From a virus: DNA of 64,000 nucleotides. The notes beneath the pieces were generated by a model that did no database searches, had not been told where the DNA came from, and was given only the letters and a program-made list of their open reading frames with translations. The DNA is taken from the IMG/VR virus record IMGVR_UViG_3300027708_000057, positions 1 through 64,000 of that record. One strand, written 5' to 3'. Position 1 is the first letter of the stretch. Each line of letters starts with the position of its first letter. Positions 26,073 to 35,487 of this stretch are shown one piece after another. Made by a program: the position numbers and the translations under genes.

Positions 26073-26477
26073 TCAAGCAGGGTCATTTGTTAAGAAAAAA
26101 TGATTAATAATATAATCATCTCCAATTAATCCATCTTTCACAGTTCCCATTCCAGAAGGTCTTAGAAATAAAGTTTTATTGAACTGCGATTCAAATGACG
26201 GAAGATGAATCGGAAAATGTTTTGATAATAATACCGGAGAAAACTCAGCTTCTCCAATTAAGTTATCACCTTCAATTTTAATATCGGTAATCATTCCAAC
26301 AGCATCTTCTAAATTCACTTCAGATCTTTCCAATGATAGATGTGATGTTACAAATAACCTTCGTTCTTCCATATCTTTCCTCGATTTTTCAATTGCTTTT
26401 TCAATGACTTCGCTTGGGTAAATTCGGTCATTATGGTTCGGAGAATTTAGTGTAAGTAAAGTAGTTGTATATTTCAT
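26073..26477 (-). CDS. Degenerate paralog of the prohead protease gp21
   Basis: NHNDRIYP.EVIEKA...RPSGMGTV...DDY...NDPA aligns by eye with gp21 NRNRRIYP..ILERA...SSRGLGTV...DDY...QDPS. Confidence 0.65.
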   Translation of the reverse strand: MKYTTTLLTLNSPNHNDRIYPSEVIEKAIEKSRKDMEERRLFVTSHLSLERSEVNLEDAVGMITDIKIEGDNLIGEAEFSPVLLSKHFPIHLPSFESQFNKTLFLRPSGMGTVKDGLIGDDYIINHFFLTNDPA

Positions 26478-26719
26478 TTGGTTATATTGATTTTTAGAAG
26501 AACTTTAGGATTTTTCGGAATATCAATTGATATTTTGTAGTCAGTGATTATTCCTGATAACAAACCATTCGTTAAATCTTTTTCAAGAAGTTGCGTAACT
26601 AATTTTTCAATTTCTGATATTGAAACAGGAATATCATTATATAAAATGGAGAAACTCTTTTGTAAATATGCAACAGCACACGCAATAAGATGACACCGTT
26701 TTTTCTCTTCTACAGTCAT
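26474..26719 (-). CDS. Hypothetical protein
   Basis: ATG ORF in a tightly packed minus-strand run. Confidence 0.55.
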   Translation of the reverse strand: MTVEEKKRCHLIACAVAYLQKSFSILYNDIPVSISEIEKLVTQLLEKDLTNGLLSGIITDYKISIDIPKNPKVLLKINITK

Positions 26720-26724
26720 AATTA

Positions 26725-26934
26725 TTAACCTTCTAGATATTTCTCTAAAGTCAATTCATGTTTGTGAAAACTCTCCTCAATGAAACATCCATATTCGCTT
26801 TTATACTGCACCCACCAACAATTAGGATTTGTCAAATATAAGGACGTAATTACTCCCCAACAATTGACGGAGCCGCCATATCCACATGCATCAATATCCT
26901 GATGCGAAATCCACACATTATCTCCGATTTTCAT
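26725..26934 (-). CDS. Hypothetical protein
   Basis: Packed ORF; MKIGD.V start typical of small SH3-like phage proteins. Confidence 0.55.
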   Translation of the reverse strand: MKIGDNVWISHQDIDACGYGGSVNCWGVITSLYLTNPNCWWVQYKSEYGCFIEESFHKHELTLEKYLEG

Positions 26935-27164
26935 TTTCGAATTAGTAAAAGTTTAATGAGATTGAAAGTGACAATACACATTTCAATTATAAGTACACTA
27001 ATAATTGCCACAACAACACCAAGCCAAAAATTTTCACAAAGTTTTCCATATTGAATTAACCATGGTGGTACATTAATTACCAAAGTGGTAAATGGTATTG
27101 AAATCAGTGATGTGGCAAGGAATAGTGTAACAATCAATGCTAAGATATTACTAATGATTTTCAT
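26931..27164 (-). CDS. Small membrane protein
   Basis: Two hydrophobic segments; likely start MKIISN. Confidence 0.55.
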   Translation of the reverse strand: MKIISNILALIVTLFLATSLISIPFTTLVINVPPWLIQYGKLCENFWLGVVVAIISVLIIEMCIVTFNLIKLLLIRK

Positions 27165-27165
27165 A

Positions 27166-27363
27166 TTATTTCGTTGGTAGATTTCGAGTAGATTCATAAC
27201 CTTTACGGCAAGCATCAATTACTTTTGGATGAATATAATGTTCTGGTACAGTAGCTTCATGATCATTAATTCTACACCAATCACCATCATCAGTTCCAAA
27301 ATAGTACGCAATCCTAAGATCGTGAACATTAGGTTCTTCGTCAATTGCACATGTTGAATGCAT
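27166..27363 (-). CDS. Hypothetical protein
   Basis: Packed ORF. Confidence 0.45.
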   Translation of the reverse strand: MHSTCAIDEEPNVHDLRIAYYFGTDDGDWCRINDHEATVPEHYIHPKVIDACRKGYESTRNLPTK

Positions 27364-27370
27364 TAGATTA

Positions 27371-27724
27371 TTAATTATTCCCATGATTGTTAAAGATGTG
27401 TTTTCTATATCGCATAATATTAGTAAGATAAAGTAAATCCATATCTTCTAAATCTTGTTCATACGTCTTCATATTTTTTGAAGTCAATTCAGCTTTAATG
27501 ATAGAATCGATATGTACTCCTCGATCTCGCTCGATATACTCCTTAAATTCTTCAAAAAACCCTTGTTCAAACGACGAAAACTTTCTCGAGGAGAATTCCC
27601 TAGATTTAATAAATTCCATTGTACAAGCAAATAGAATATTTAAAATTGGATCTTCATTAGTAGTTGCAGATGCGGAGAACATCTCAGAAAGACGTTCATA
27701 TAACGATTGTGTTTTATTTTTCAT
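27371..27724 (-). CDS. Hypothetical protein
   Basis: ATG abuts the 3' end of the tnpB element. Confidence 0.55.
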   Translation of the reverse strand: MKNKTQSLYERLSEMFSASATTNEDPILNILFACTMEFIKSREFSSRKFSSFEQGFFEEFKEYIERDRGVHIDSIIKAELTSKNMKTYEQDLEDMDLLYLTNIMRYRKHIFNNHGNN

Positions 27725-28952
27725 AGTTACAATTTTTATTGAAAATTTTCAGTAAGATTGTTTTTAGTATCCGGGGCTATAAGCTCCGAACCATCAATCT
27801 TAAATAAACCTTCTGGTTTCCAAAAGAAACCCTTGCCTAAGTTAAGACCTTTGCCTAAAAAGTTAAACGGAATCGGTTCAAGATCACATTCATGATTCAT
27901 AGCGGCGTTAAAGTCGGCATCACCGACCCATCCGCAGTTTTTACATGAATACTCCTTCCCTTCCTATTAGCCTTCCGGACCAGACTGTATTGATGGCATC
28001 TTTGAGACCGATAAACACTTTCTTGCAAAACAACTGGAACCTCCAGTTCTTCACAACGCCATAAAACCTTATCTCTTATCTCAGGATTCGACCAATGAGT
28101 CATACTTCTGGAAGTTTTAACACCTTTATTGATGTTGACGATCTTTTCCAACCTAACTTCCGATAGGTTAGAAAAATCCAATTGGTTTATGCTCCAATTG
28201 ACAAAATTTTTACGATGGGTTTGAGCTTTCTTAAAGCCTTTAGAACCCTTCTTTTTTCTTGATAACTTTTTGATTACTGATTGTAATGAATGGCCATGGC
28301 AATCGGCATCTGGTGTGGTTTGACCATCGGAAAGAGTTGCAACTGTTTTAAGACCTTGATCAATACCAATAATCTTATCACCTTGTGCTTTTGGACTCTT
28401 TTCTACCTTCCAAGCAAGCTGAAAATGATTCTTGAAAATCTTAATGGAATTACAGATAGTTCCGTTCTTACTCCACTTTTGGAAAGGTTTTGTTTTATCA
28501 ATAGGAATATTAATATGACCAAATACTTTCCCTAAAGATTTTAGTCTGGCAAATCCAGCAAACTCTTTACTTTTATCAAATTCGAAGTCTAAACATAATC
28601 AACTCAGTTGAGGATATATGATATTCTTTATTTCAGGTTTTGAATATACTGAATTTAAATTCTTCCCATACTTTTCATTTATGAATAATCGCCGTTTTTG
28701 CTTTTCAATAGTTCCCGCAACAATTCCTCTTGCTTGATCAATGCAACGCCTTAAAGCTCTAGCAGACATGCCAGTTTTATCGACATAAGAAGTATCTAGA
28801 TATTTTGCGATTACTAAATTGTCTGGTAAATTATCCCAAATATTATTAATAGCAATTCTACATATCTTATCATACTTATGAACAAATGCTTCCAGACGAG
28901 AATCCTTTCCGAGATTCAATTTCTTGAAGGAATGCCTTGTGGAACCCATCAT
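27723..28952 (-). pseudogene. tnpB: IS200/IS605-family tnpB, near full length but inactivated
   Basis: RuvC-I IIGIDQG, RuvC-II VRLEKI, RuvC-III DADFNAA and Zn finger; in-frame TGA at 28599-28601 and a 1-nt frameshift near 27960. Confidence 0.88.
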
Positions 28953-28968
28953 GGTAAAATGGTCCCTT

Positions 28969-30048
28969 TCAAGGATATAAATAAGTTATTACTGAGCTTT
29001 TAAGTTTATTTTGAAACCATGTAGCTGCCTTTTTAGATACAGCTCCTGTAATTTCCTTTCGGGAAATATCAGATGCTAACAATGAATCAGATTCTTCATT
29101 CCAGATATCTTCAACAACCCATTTAATAAAATTGGCAATTTTCTGAGGAACTGCATCTGCGGGAGATGATACTACAATACCATAACCTTGCTCAAGTCTA
29201 TCTTCATTACAATAAGTCTCTACCGCAACTTGTATTGAATCCAGCTTTACAACCTCAACTGTTATTGTCTTTTTTACATGAGATTTTGAATGAGATTCAC
29301 CCTTAACTTTAAAAGCTCTTGAAAAGCTAGGATCATCAATGGGTTTAAAAACAATACCTTCTCCATGGCCTGAAATATCGAAAGTTTTTGCGAAAGGGCA
29401 TTCCTTATCAATACTATCAACCCATTGATTCATGATCTCAATAGATTTATTGGCTTGATTCAAATCAACTTCAATAATATATGGTTTTGTTCGGCGAACA
29501 TTAAATACTCCGATATCAGGATTCTCGTAGGATGTAGAACTCCATACAGAAGTAACTTCTTCATTACTATTGTCAGTTGTAAACACTTGCTTAACTCCAA
29601 AGATAACAAACATTTTTTGCATAGAACTGAGAGCAACTCCCCCTTGAATTGAGCCCCCACACCATTCGCCATAAACAATAGTTCTTACCCCATCATTATC
29701 TGACTTAAAATGAGGGACGATCTTATACCCATCCTTGGCGACCCAATGAGCAAATCCTGCATTATCTTTAATCTGATCAATTACATTTTCTCGGGATTGA
29801 CAGTAATATGTCCCATCAGAATTAATTACGATTGCTGCATTAGTGCCATGAAGTTTTACAAAACCTTCAAATGTTATAATGGGCAATTCTTTTGTATCAT
29901 CATAGATTGGATCTCCTTTCTCATCAACTCCTGAGAATTGGTAAGACAGTTTTAAGCTTTGTAATACTTGATGATATTGTCGAATTTTTGGGAACGCGTA
30001 GTGTTTCATATTAGTAGTTATTGGTGAGTGACTCTTATTAATTTTCAT
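28969..30048 (-). CDS. RNA ligase (Rnl2-like nucleotidyltransferase)
   Basis: KLHGTN, QSR, YGEWCG, GEGIV, FKVKG. Confidence 0.88.
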   Translation of the reverse strand: MKINKSHSPITTNMKHYAFPKIRQYHQVLQSLKLSYQFSGVDEKGDPIYDDTKELPIITFEGFVKLHGTNAAIVINSDGTYYCQSRENVIDQIKDNAGFAHWVAKDGYKIVPHFKSDNDGVRTIVYGEWCGGSIQGGVALSSMQKMFVIFGVKQVFTTDNSNEEVTSVWSSTSYENPDIGVFNVRRTKPYIIEVDLNQANKSIEIMNQWVDSIDKECPFAKTFDISGHGEGIVFKPIDDPSFSRAFKVKGESHSKSHVKKTITVEVVKLDSIQVAVETYCNEDRLEQGYGIVVSSPADAVPQKIANFIKWVVEDIWNEESDSLLASDISRKEITGAVSKKAATWFQNKLKSSVITYLYP

Positions 30049-30060
30049 TTTGTTTGTTTT

Positions 30061-30288
30061 TTAGATTGGTTTAATATATTTTACAGCTAATGGATTTTCA
30101 AATTGAGCAATTCGTATTCGATTATGTCTTGCCCGAATTCGTTGACCATCAATTGTAATATTGTGCCCACGACCACCGTCAGTGAAATCGGAAATCGCAT
30201 AAACCATTAAAGAAGCTTTTTCAATTCTTGAATCATAATCAGAGCCAAGAATATGCTTGTAATATAATTTATAGAGATAATGGATCAT
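30061..30288 (-). CDS. Hypothetical protein
   Basis: ATG ORF. Confidence 0.5.
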   Translation of the reverse strand: MIHYLYKLYYKHILGSDYDSRIEKASLMVYAISDFTDGGRGHNITIDGQRIRARHNRIRIAQFENPLAVKYIKPI

Positions 30289-30355
30289 AATTTTGTTAGA
30301 GAGATTACTTAGAATTAGTTGCGATTTCAGTAAGTAAATTTTTAGACGAATATCC

Positions 30356-30526
30356 CTATTCTGATGCAGATTCTTCTGAATCCTTGGAAATCTTCTTAAG
30401 AAATGCGGCTTCTAACTCTGCGCATTCTTCAGGAGACTTTCCTATACATTCCTCAACCAATTTTTTAGTGAGAATCTTTGCGAGCTGTTTTGTGCCCGTG
30501 TGTCTAATATATTTACTTTTGCTCAT
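30356..30526 (-). CDS. Small hypothetical protein
   Basis: Likely start MSKSKY. Confidence 0.45.
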   Translation of the reverse strand: MSKSKYIRHTGTKQLAKILTKKLVEECIGKSPEECAELEAAFLKKISKDSEESASE

Positions 30527-30962
30527 TCTGTTTTTTATTATTTGTTTCACTTCTTTTCACTATGATCTCCATATATTCAGGCATTGTTCGGGCTAATTTT
30601 TTCATTTCAGCTCTATTTTTACAAAATATATCAAAAACATATTTACTATCCTTTTTTCCACCAGCTGCCGTTTTTCTTGTTACCGCCGGTCCTCTATCTT
30701 CTACGATATATTCATGTCCTAATTTTGGAATAATGATGTGAGTCCCAAATTTAAAGTTAGGGTGTGCAGCAACCGTATGATTAGGAGTAGCTTTCTTTAC
30801 ATTAGCTTGAGCAACATGTGAACCAAAAGGTTCCTCAGCACAATAATAAGTGATCCTAGCTTTGATGGTTTGATCTGTAGATTCAATGTTTGTTTGTGGT
30901 GATGCAATAGAACTACAGGACGATAGTATTAAAAACATAAGTGTTGATAATAGATATTTCAT
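30513..30962 (-). CDS. 3D-domain (MltA/RlpA-like) putative cell-wall-active lipoprotein
   Basis: Lipobox LSSC; ITYY, VAAHP..FGT.I.IP, VEDRG.A, FDIF. Confidence 0.7.
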   Translation of the reverse strand: MKYLLSTLMFLILSSCSSIASPQTNIESTDQTIKARITYYCAEEPFGSHVAQANVKKATPNHTVAAHPNFKFGTHIIIPKLGHEYIVEDRGPAVTRKTAAGGKKDSKYVFDIFCKNRAEMKKLARTMPEYMEIIVKRSETNNKKQNEQK

Positions 30963-31004
30963 ATTTGTTTATGGTTGAAGGCATTTAAATTCCCATAAAA
31001 GGAA

Positions 31005-31033
31005 ATTATATCATATGCCATTGTTATTGTACA
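31005..31033 (-). promoter_or_regulatory. Sigma70-like promoter
   Basis: TGTACA-N17-TATAAT. Confidence 0.6.
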
Positions 31034-31135
31034 TGAAGAAATAAATCATCACACACTAGACTTCAATCACGATGCCGAAATGCATCTATCGAATATTCTA
31101 CATTACCAACTTATAGTAAATGCAGCTATTTTTAT

Positions 31136-31861
31136 TTATAACTTAGAATCTGATAAATACTCAGATTTCACCAAAATATATTTCATTTTCTTTGCCATTT
31201 TTGGAGATAAAGTTTTGTACCAACTATATCCTTCAGCTTTTTTGTATAATTTTCCAGGCTCTCCTGAAATTTCACATGTTTTTGAAGATAAATTCTCAAC
31301 TAATCGTACCATACCTGCAACAACCTGATCTCCGCCTGAGTAGTAGAAGCGAAGTTCTCCAAATTTTTCCTTAATTTGGTTTATAACTACTTTAGGAACT
31401 TTTTCTATATGCCACTTATAATGTGGTCGAAACCAGGAGAAAAAATATTGGGTATTTGTAAAAATTGATAATCTCCAAGGATGTTTTTCTTTTATTAATT
31501 CTAAAATCTCAGGTTTAATAAGCCAATATTCATCGGTCTTATCTGATTTTGTTTTATATTTTTTATATGGATCAAGCAATCTATAGAAAACTTCACCTAA
31601 GGGTCTAATAAATTTATTATAGATAAACAGTTTAATAGTAAACAACATTTTATTTTTCTGAGTATGGCTTTCTCCAAATGTTGTATAATTATTAATGGAT
31701 GCACAAAGATTTTCCACAAGAAATTTCCATCCATCTGGGACATAAATTCCACAATCTGTGCAAATTGGTTTATTCTCACAATCTTTATTAAAAAGATTGG
31801 GATAAAGGTTCATAAGATGCTCTTCGAATGATATTTCTGGTTGTGTTATTTTTTTACTCAT
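31136..31861 (-). CDS. Conserved phage hypothetical protein
   Basis: GW..LV..L, QIKEKFGELRFYY, TCE..G.PG; likely start MSKKITQ. Confidence 0.7.
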   Translation of the reverse strand: MSKKITQPEISFEEHLMNLYPNLFNKDCENKPICTDCGIYVPDGWKFLVENLCASINNYTTFGESHTQKNKMLFTIKLFIYNKFIRPLGEVFYRLLDPYKKYKTKSDKTDEYWLIKPEILELIKEKHPWRLSIFTNTQYFFSWFRPHYKWHIEKVPKVVINQIKEKFGELRFYYSGGDQVVAGMVRLVENLSSKTCEISGEPGKLYKKAEGYSWYKTLSPKMAKKMKYILVKSEYLSDSKL

Positions 31862-31877
31862 AATTAACATTGGGGGG

Positions 31878-32078
31878 TTAAAAAGGATGTGGGATATTCG
31901 GAACAAGTGGTAAATGAAACAGTGGAAGAACTTTACAATCTGAATAAAACAGAATCGAAGGGTTAGGAGGATTATTTCTGAATTCCTCAAATTCTTTCCG
32001 AAGATATGCAAGTTCTTTACGTAGATCCTCAATTTCTTTAAGTAATTCTGATTTTTTATGTCCATAGATATCCAACAT
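31878..32078 (-). CDS. Small coiled-coil hypothetical protein
   Basis: Packed ORF. Confidence 0.45.
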   Translation of the reverse strand: MLDIYGHKKSELLKEIEDLRKELAYLRKEFEEFRNNPPNPSILFYSDCKVLPLFHLPLVPNIPHPF

Positions 32079-32874
32079 TTTTTGTGATTACTCCCATAGC
32101 CCATTGATCTTTCTCTTCGATCAATGCTTCAATCCGATTAGTCTCTGCATAAATTTTTTCATACGTTGCTCCAAATCGTTCTTCACAAGACTTAAGTACT
32201 GTAAATGAAATCCCATTTACAATCTTTTTATCTTTTTGAATCCAATCATCAGAAAAAGTACTTTCCGGATATGATGCATTAAGATCAATCTCTAATTGCG
32301 GCCGTTCGGTCTTTACATATTCATATGCTTTTTTAAGATCACCATATAATTTATTGATATTATCGACATACTCTTGTGTTGCATATCCTTTCTCAATATC
32401 TTCACTCCAGTCCATATCGAGCTGATCCAAACAATTTTCTTCTTCAACGAAGTTTATCAAACAAGTGAATAGAAGATTTGGAATTAAATCAACTTTATCC
32501 GTCCAAGTTTTTGGAATGGAATTTCTCAACCAATCTTGGCAATCTTCATTATCTTCACTAGTTTCTGTTTTTGTAGAAGGTTTCTCCATCAATGCAGCCT
32601 TTAATTCCTCAACTATTTTTTTCTGATAAATGAGTTCATTCCTATAAGCTTGAATTAGATTATTAGCATTATGAGTATCTGTTAAAAGAGCTTTATCGAC
32701 TTCTTTTAGCCACAATTGACATATTGGATCAGACAGTTTAAATTCATACTCTTCTGGTTCGGTGTAATTTGAATCACTTGTATATTTACACATAATAGCT
32801 TCTCGTACTTCTTTAGGATATGCATAATCAGTAGGTTCAAATTTATAATCCGTCGGTTTAAATTTGGAATTCAT
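32056..32874 (-). CDS. Hypothetical protein
   Basis: 272-aa ORF with W.DK..LIP..LF...FVEEE motif. Confidence 0.65.
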   Translation of the reverse strand: MNSKFKPTDYKFEPTDYAYPKEVREAIMCKYTSDSNYTEPEEYEFKLSDPICQLWLKEVDKALLTDTHNANNLIQAYRNELIYQKKIVEELKAALMEKPSTKTETSEDNEDCQDWLRNSIPKTWTDKVDLIPNLLFTCLINFVEEENCLDQLDMDWSEDIEKGYATQEYVDNINKLYGDLKKAYEYVKTERPQLEIDLNASYPESTFSDDWIQKDKKIVNGISFTVLKSCEERFGATYEKIYAETNRIEALIEEKDQWAMGVITKNVGYLWT

Positions 32875-32888
32875 ATTATTATTATAAA

Positions 32889-33464
32889 CTAATTTTGATG
32901 CTTTGTAAATGCGTATTTTCTAACCCACCCTATAATATCTCCAAGTAGATTTTTCCCAGACCAAAGTGTTTGATCAAAACATGCAGGATCATCAATATCA
33001 ATTCCAGTTCCCCAAACGAGATCAATTGCAGTAGATTCTGCAAATTTTGTGTCATAAGGAAATTGCATTATGAAGTTTTTAAGATGTTCATTTTGTGTGA
33101 ATTTTTGAAAATTTCCAATAGAAACTAATTCGAATTTCATACTATCCCAAATCTCCTGATCATAATTCTTAACTTGTCTGCCGAGCGCTTGCATTTCCCG
33201 AGGATTTCTTTCATTCATGATCTTTTCAAGAGTCTCTTTATCACCAAACAATTTAGCCTTTGCTGCCATCATAAATTGTTCTGCGCACATATAAGTGATC
33301 GGAGGATCATCCCAGTTATCACATAATTTATGACTTGTAAAGTTTGATGATTGATTAGAGAAACACCCCCACCATTGGGAAAAAGGGCTTGTTTTGAAAA
33401 GACATACTCTGTTCTCAATTTTGCACCCGTATTCTTCGGGACTCTTCAATGTTTCTATTTTCAT
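32889..33464 (-). CDS. NADAR family protein (YbiA / T4 gp30.3-like)
   Basis: FSQW, AEQFMMA.KA.LFGD, LGRQVKNYD..W, KF.QN, E....D..WG.G, GKNLLG. Confidence 0.92.
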   Translation of the reverse strand: MKIETLKSPEEYGCKIENRVCLFKTSPFSQWWGCFSNQSSNFTSHKLCDNWDDPPITYMCAEQFMMAAKAKLFGDKETLEKIMNERNPREMQALGRQVKNYDQEIWDSMKFELVSIGNFQKFTQNEHLKNFIMQFPYDTKFAESTAIDLVWGTGIDIDDPACFDQTLWSGKNLLGDIIGWVRKYAFTKHQN

Positions 33465-33468
33465 ATTG

Positions 33469-33843
33469 TTAATTAAATTTCCGCGTTTGACTTTGATTGA
33501 ATTGTGGAATCCCCAAAGCATCTTTACCTGAACTCTTCGATCCCTTTATAAGATAGTATCCAGCATTACTCCATTCCTCATAAGACATTGCCGTATCATC
33601 CATTTCTAATTTTAAACTCTTTAGATTTTTAACTCCTCCTCTTGGTAATATATAACCATCTTTATGATAATGGAATAAAAACTTATCTTCTTTAACTTTC
33701 TTCTGTTTTGCTACTGTACTCGCCGACAATAATTCATGATCAATTGGTTGGGTCTCGAAAAAGTCCATTCCAGAATCATCATGAAATAATTCTGGAAGTT
33801 TTAATGGAGAATGATCACATAGGAAATCAAGTAGATTGTTCAC
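33469..33843 (-). CDS. Hypothetical protein, probably 5'-disrupted by the tnpB fragment
   Basis: SYEEWSNAGY...KGSKS...G..QF...Q motif; abuts the insertion. Confidence 0.5.
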   Translation of the reverse strand: MNNLLDFLCDHSPLKLPELFHDDSGMDFFETQPIDHELLSASTVAKQKKVKEDKFLFHYHKDGYILPRGGVKNLKSLKLEMDDTAMSYEEWSNAGYYLIKGSKSSGKDALGIPQFNQSQTRKFN

Positions 33844-33859
33844 AGATTATAATGAGATG

Positions 33860-34492
33860 TTTCAAAACAGTTGCTACTTTATCCGATGGCCAAACTACAC
33901 CGGATACAGATCGCCATGGGCATTCCTTGCAATCAGTAATTAAAAAGTTATCAAGAAAAAAGAAGGGATCTAAAGTATTTAAACTGGCTCAAACCCATCG
34001 TAAGAATTTTGTCAATTAGTCTATCAACCAATTGGATTTTTCAGGTCTGAAGGAAGTCAGACTAGAAAAGATTGTCAACATCAAAAAAGGTGTTAAAACT
34101 TCCAGAAGTATGGCTCATTGGTCTAATCCTGAGATTAGAGATAAGATAAAACACAGATGTGAAGAATTGGAGGTTCCAGTTGTAGAACAATCATGTGCTT
34201 ATCGGTCTCAAAGGTGTCACCAATGTTCTCAGGTCCGAAAGGTTAATAGGAAAGGTAAAGAATATTCATGTAGTAATTGCGGATGGGTCGGCGACGCCGA
34301 CTTTAACGCATCTAAGAATCATGAATGTAATCTTACACCAATTCCATTTAGTCTTGTCGGCAAAGGTCTTAATTTAGGCTCGGGTTTCTTTTGGAAACCA
34401 GAAGGCTTATTTAAGATTGATGGTTCGGAGCTTATAGTCTCGGATACTAAAAACAATTTTTATTGAAAATTTTCAATAAAAATTGTAACTAT
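33860..34492 (+). pseudogene. tnpB: 5'-truncated second tnpB copy, inverted relative to the first
   Basis: High similarity to 27723..28355; TGG>TAG at 34017-34019; intact CHQC/CSNC finger and DADFNA; 34-bp palindrome at 34453-34486. Confidence 0.88.
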
Positions 34493-34564
34493 AACCACGA
34501 TCAATTAGTTTTTCAAGTACTTCTCGCACTTCGGAATATTGTTCGGTTATTTTCATATATGAAT

Positions 34565-34593
34565 ATTCTATATTATTTTTGAAGCTTTGTAAA
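34565..34593 (-). promoter_or_regulatory. Sigma70-like promoter
   Basis: TTTACA-N17-TAGAAT. Confidence 0.65.
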
Positions 34594-34603
34594 TAATAAA
34601 TTA

Positions 34604-34864
34604 TCAATAATCACATATATAAGGAAGCAGTCGTGTATCCTCATCCGGTCGCGACTTGAGAGAAAGAGATTCACTTTCGCCAGTACATTTACCCCATCGA
34701 ATAAATCCTGCAGAAATTGGTTTACGTGTTACTCGTTCCCAAGAACCCCACGATTGATCTCGCATGTGAGAAATACTTTCAGCCATAATGTTATGCGGTA
34801 CCGATTCAGGAAAGATAAAGATTTCTTCCATGCCAGCATCTTGGGTAGTTACAATATATTTCAT
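34604..34864 (-). CDS. Hypothetical protein
   Basis: KYIV..IFP..V.H...SAGF...C.G.S.SL; paralog of the adjacent ORF. Confidence 0.65.
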   Translation of the reverse strand: MKYIVTTQDAGMEEIFIFPESVPHNIMAESISHMRDQSWGSWERVTRKPISAGFIRWGKCTGESESLSLKSRPDEDTRLLPYICDY

Positions 34865-35115
34865 TCTTGAATTTTTAAGTTAAGTTCTTCTGCAATTGTT
34901 TCATCATCAAAAGATCCTCCAGATTCAATTCCTAGAGAATGCGAAGATCCATGGCAATGGATCTTTCCTTCATTATCAAAGTCAATATAACCGGCTCCAG
35001 TAATTGCTGAATGCGCAGATTGCTTGAGTAATGTTCCTGCATCAATGTGTTGTACATATTCAGGAAAAATCATGAATCCTCCCAGCTCGTCTATTACATA
35101 TTTAAGATTTTTCAT
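34861..35115 (-). CDS. Hypothetical protein, paralog of 34604..34864
   Basis: KYVI..IFP..V.H...GAGY...C.G.S.SL. Confidence 0.65.
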   Translation of the reverse strand: MKNLKYVIDELGGFMIFPEYVQHIDAGTLLKQSAHSAITGAGYIDFDNEGKIHCHGSSHSLGIESGGSFDDETIAEELNLKIQE

Positions 35116-35117
35116 AA

Positions 35118-35390
35118 TTATTCTTTTATAGTTGACCTTGTGCATAATGGGAATGTACAACCCAGCATGAATCCAAAGTCATATAAATGGCCTGTATTAG
35201 AAACTGCATAAATCACAACATTAGAATCAAAAAAAGATATTAGAAATGAAATTGGAAGGATCATACCATGCCAAACCCCATGGAAGAATCCAGGAATATC
35301 AGTGGATACAACATTTGCAGAATCTGCACAACTCGATAAAAGTAGAGCAAATAATACAAGGAATATTTTTGTCATTGTTTTGTTTTTCAT
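35118..35390 (-). CDS. Small membrane lipoprotein
   Basis: LSSC lipobox; GFFHGVWHG...P...NTG..YDFGF. Confidence 0.7.
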   Translation of the reverse strand: MKNKTMTKIFLVLFALLLSSCADSANVVSTDIPGFFHGVWHGMILPISFLISFFDSNVVIYAVSNTGHLYDFGFMLGCTFPLCTRSTIKE

Positions 35391-35487
35391 ATGTTTGTTT
35401 TTATGTAGGAAATTATTAAGTCTTGATGCGGGAACATGCTAATACACTCATAATTTAACGTGGTTAAGTTGTGGTTTCCTTGCGGAA

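Noticed and set aside
27723-34492. Active TnpB nuclease or intact TldR-like repressor
   Set aside because: RuvC residues are retained but both copies carry stops, frameshift or truncation.
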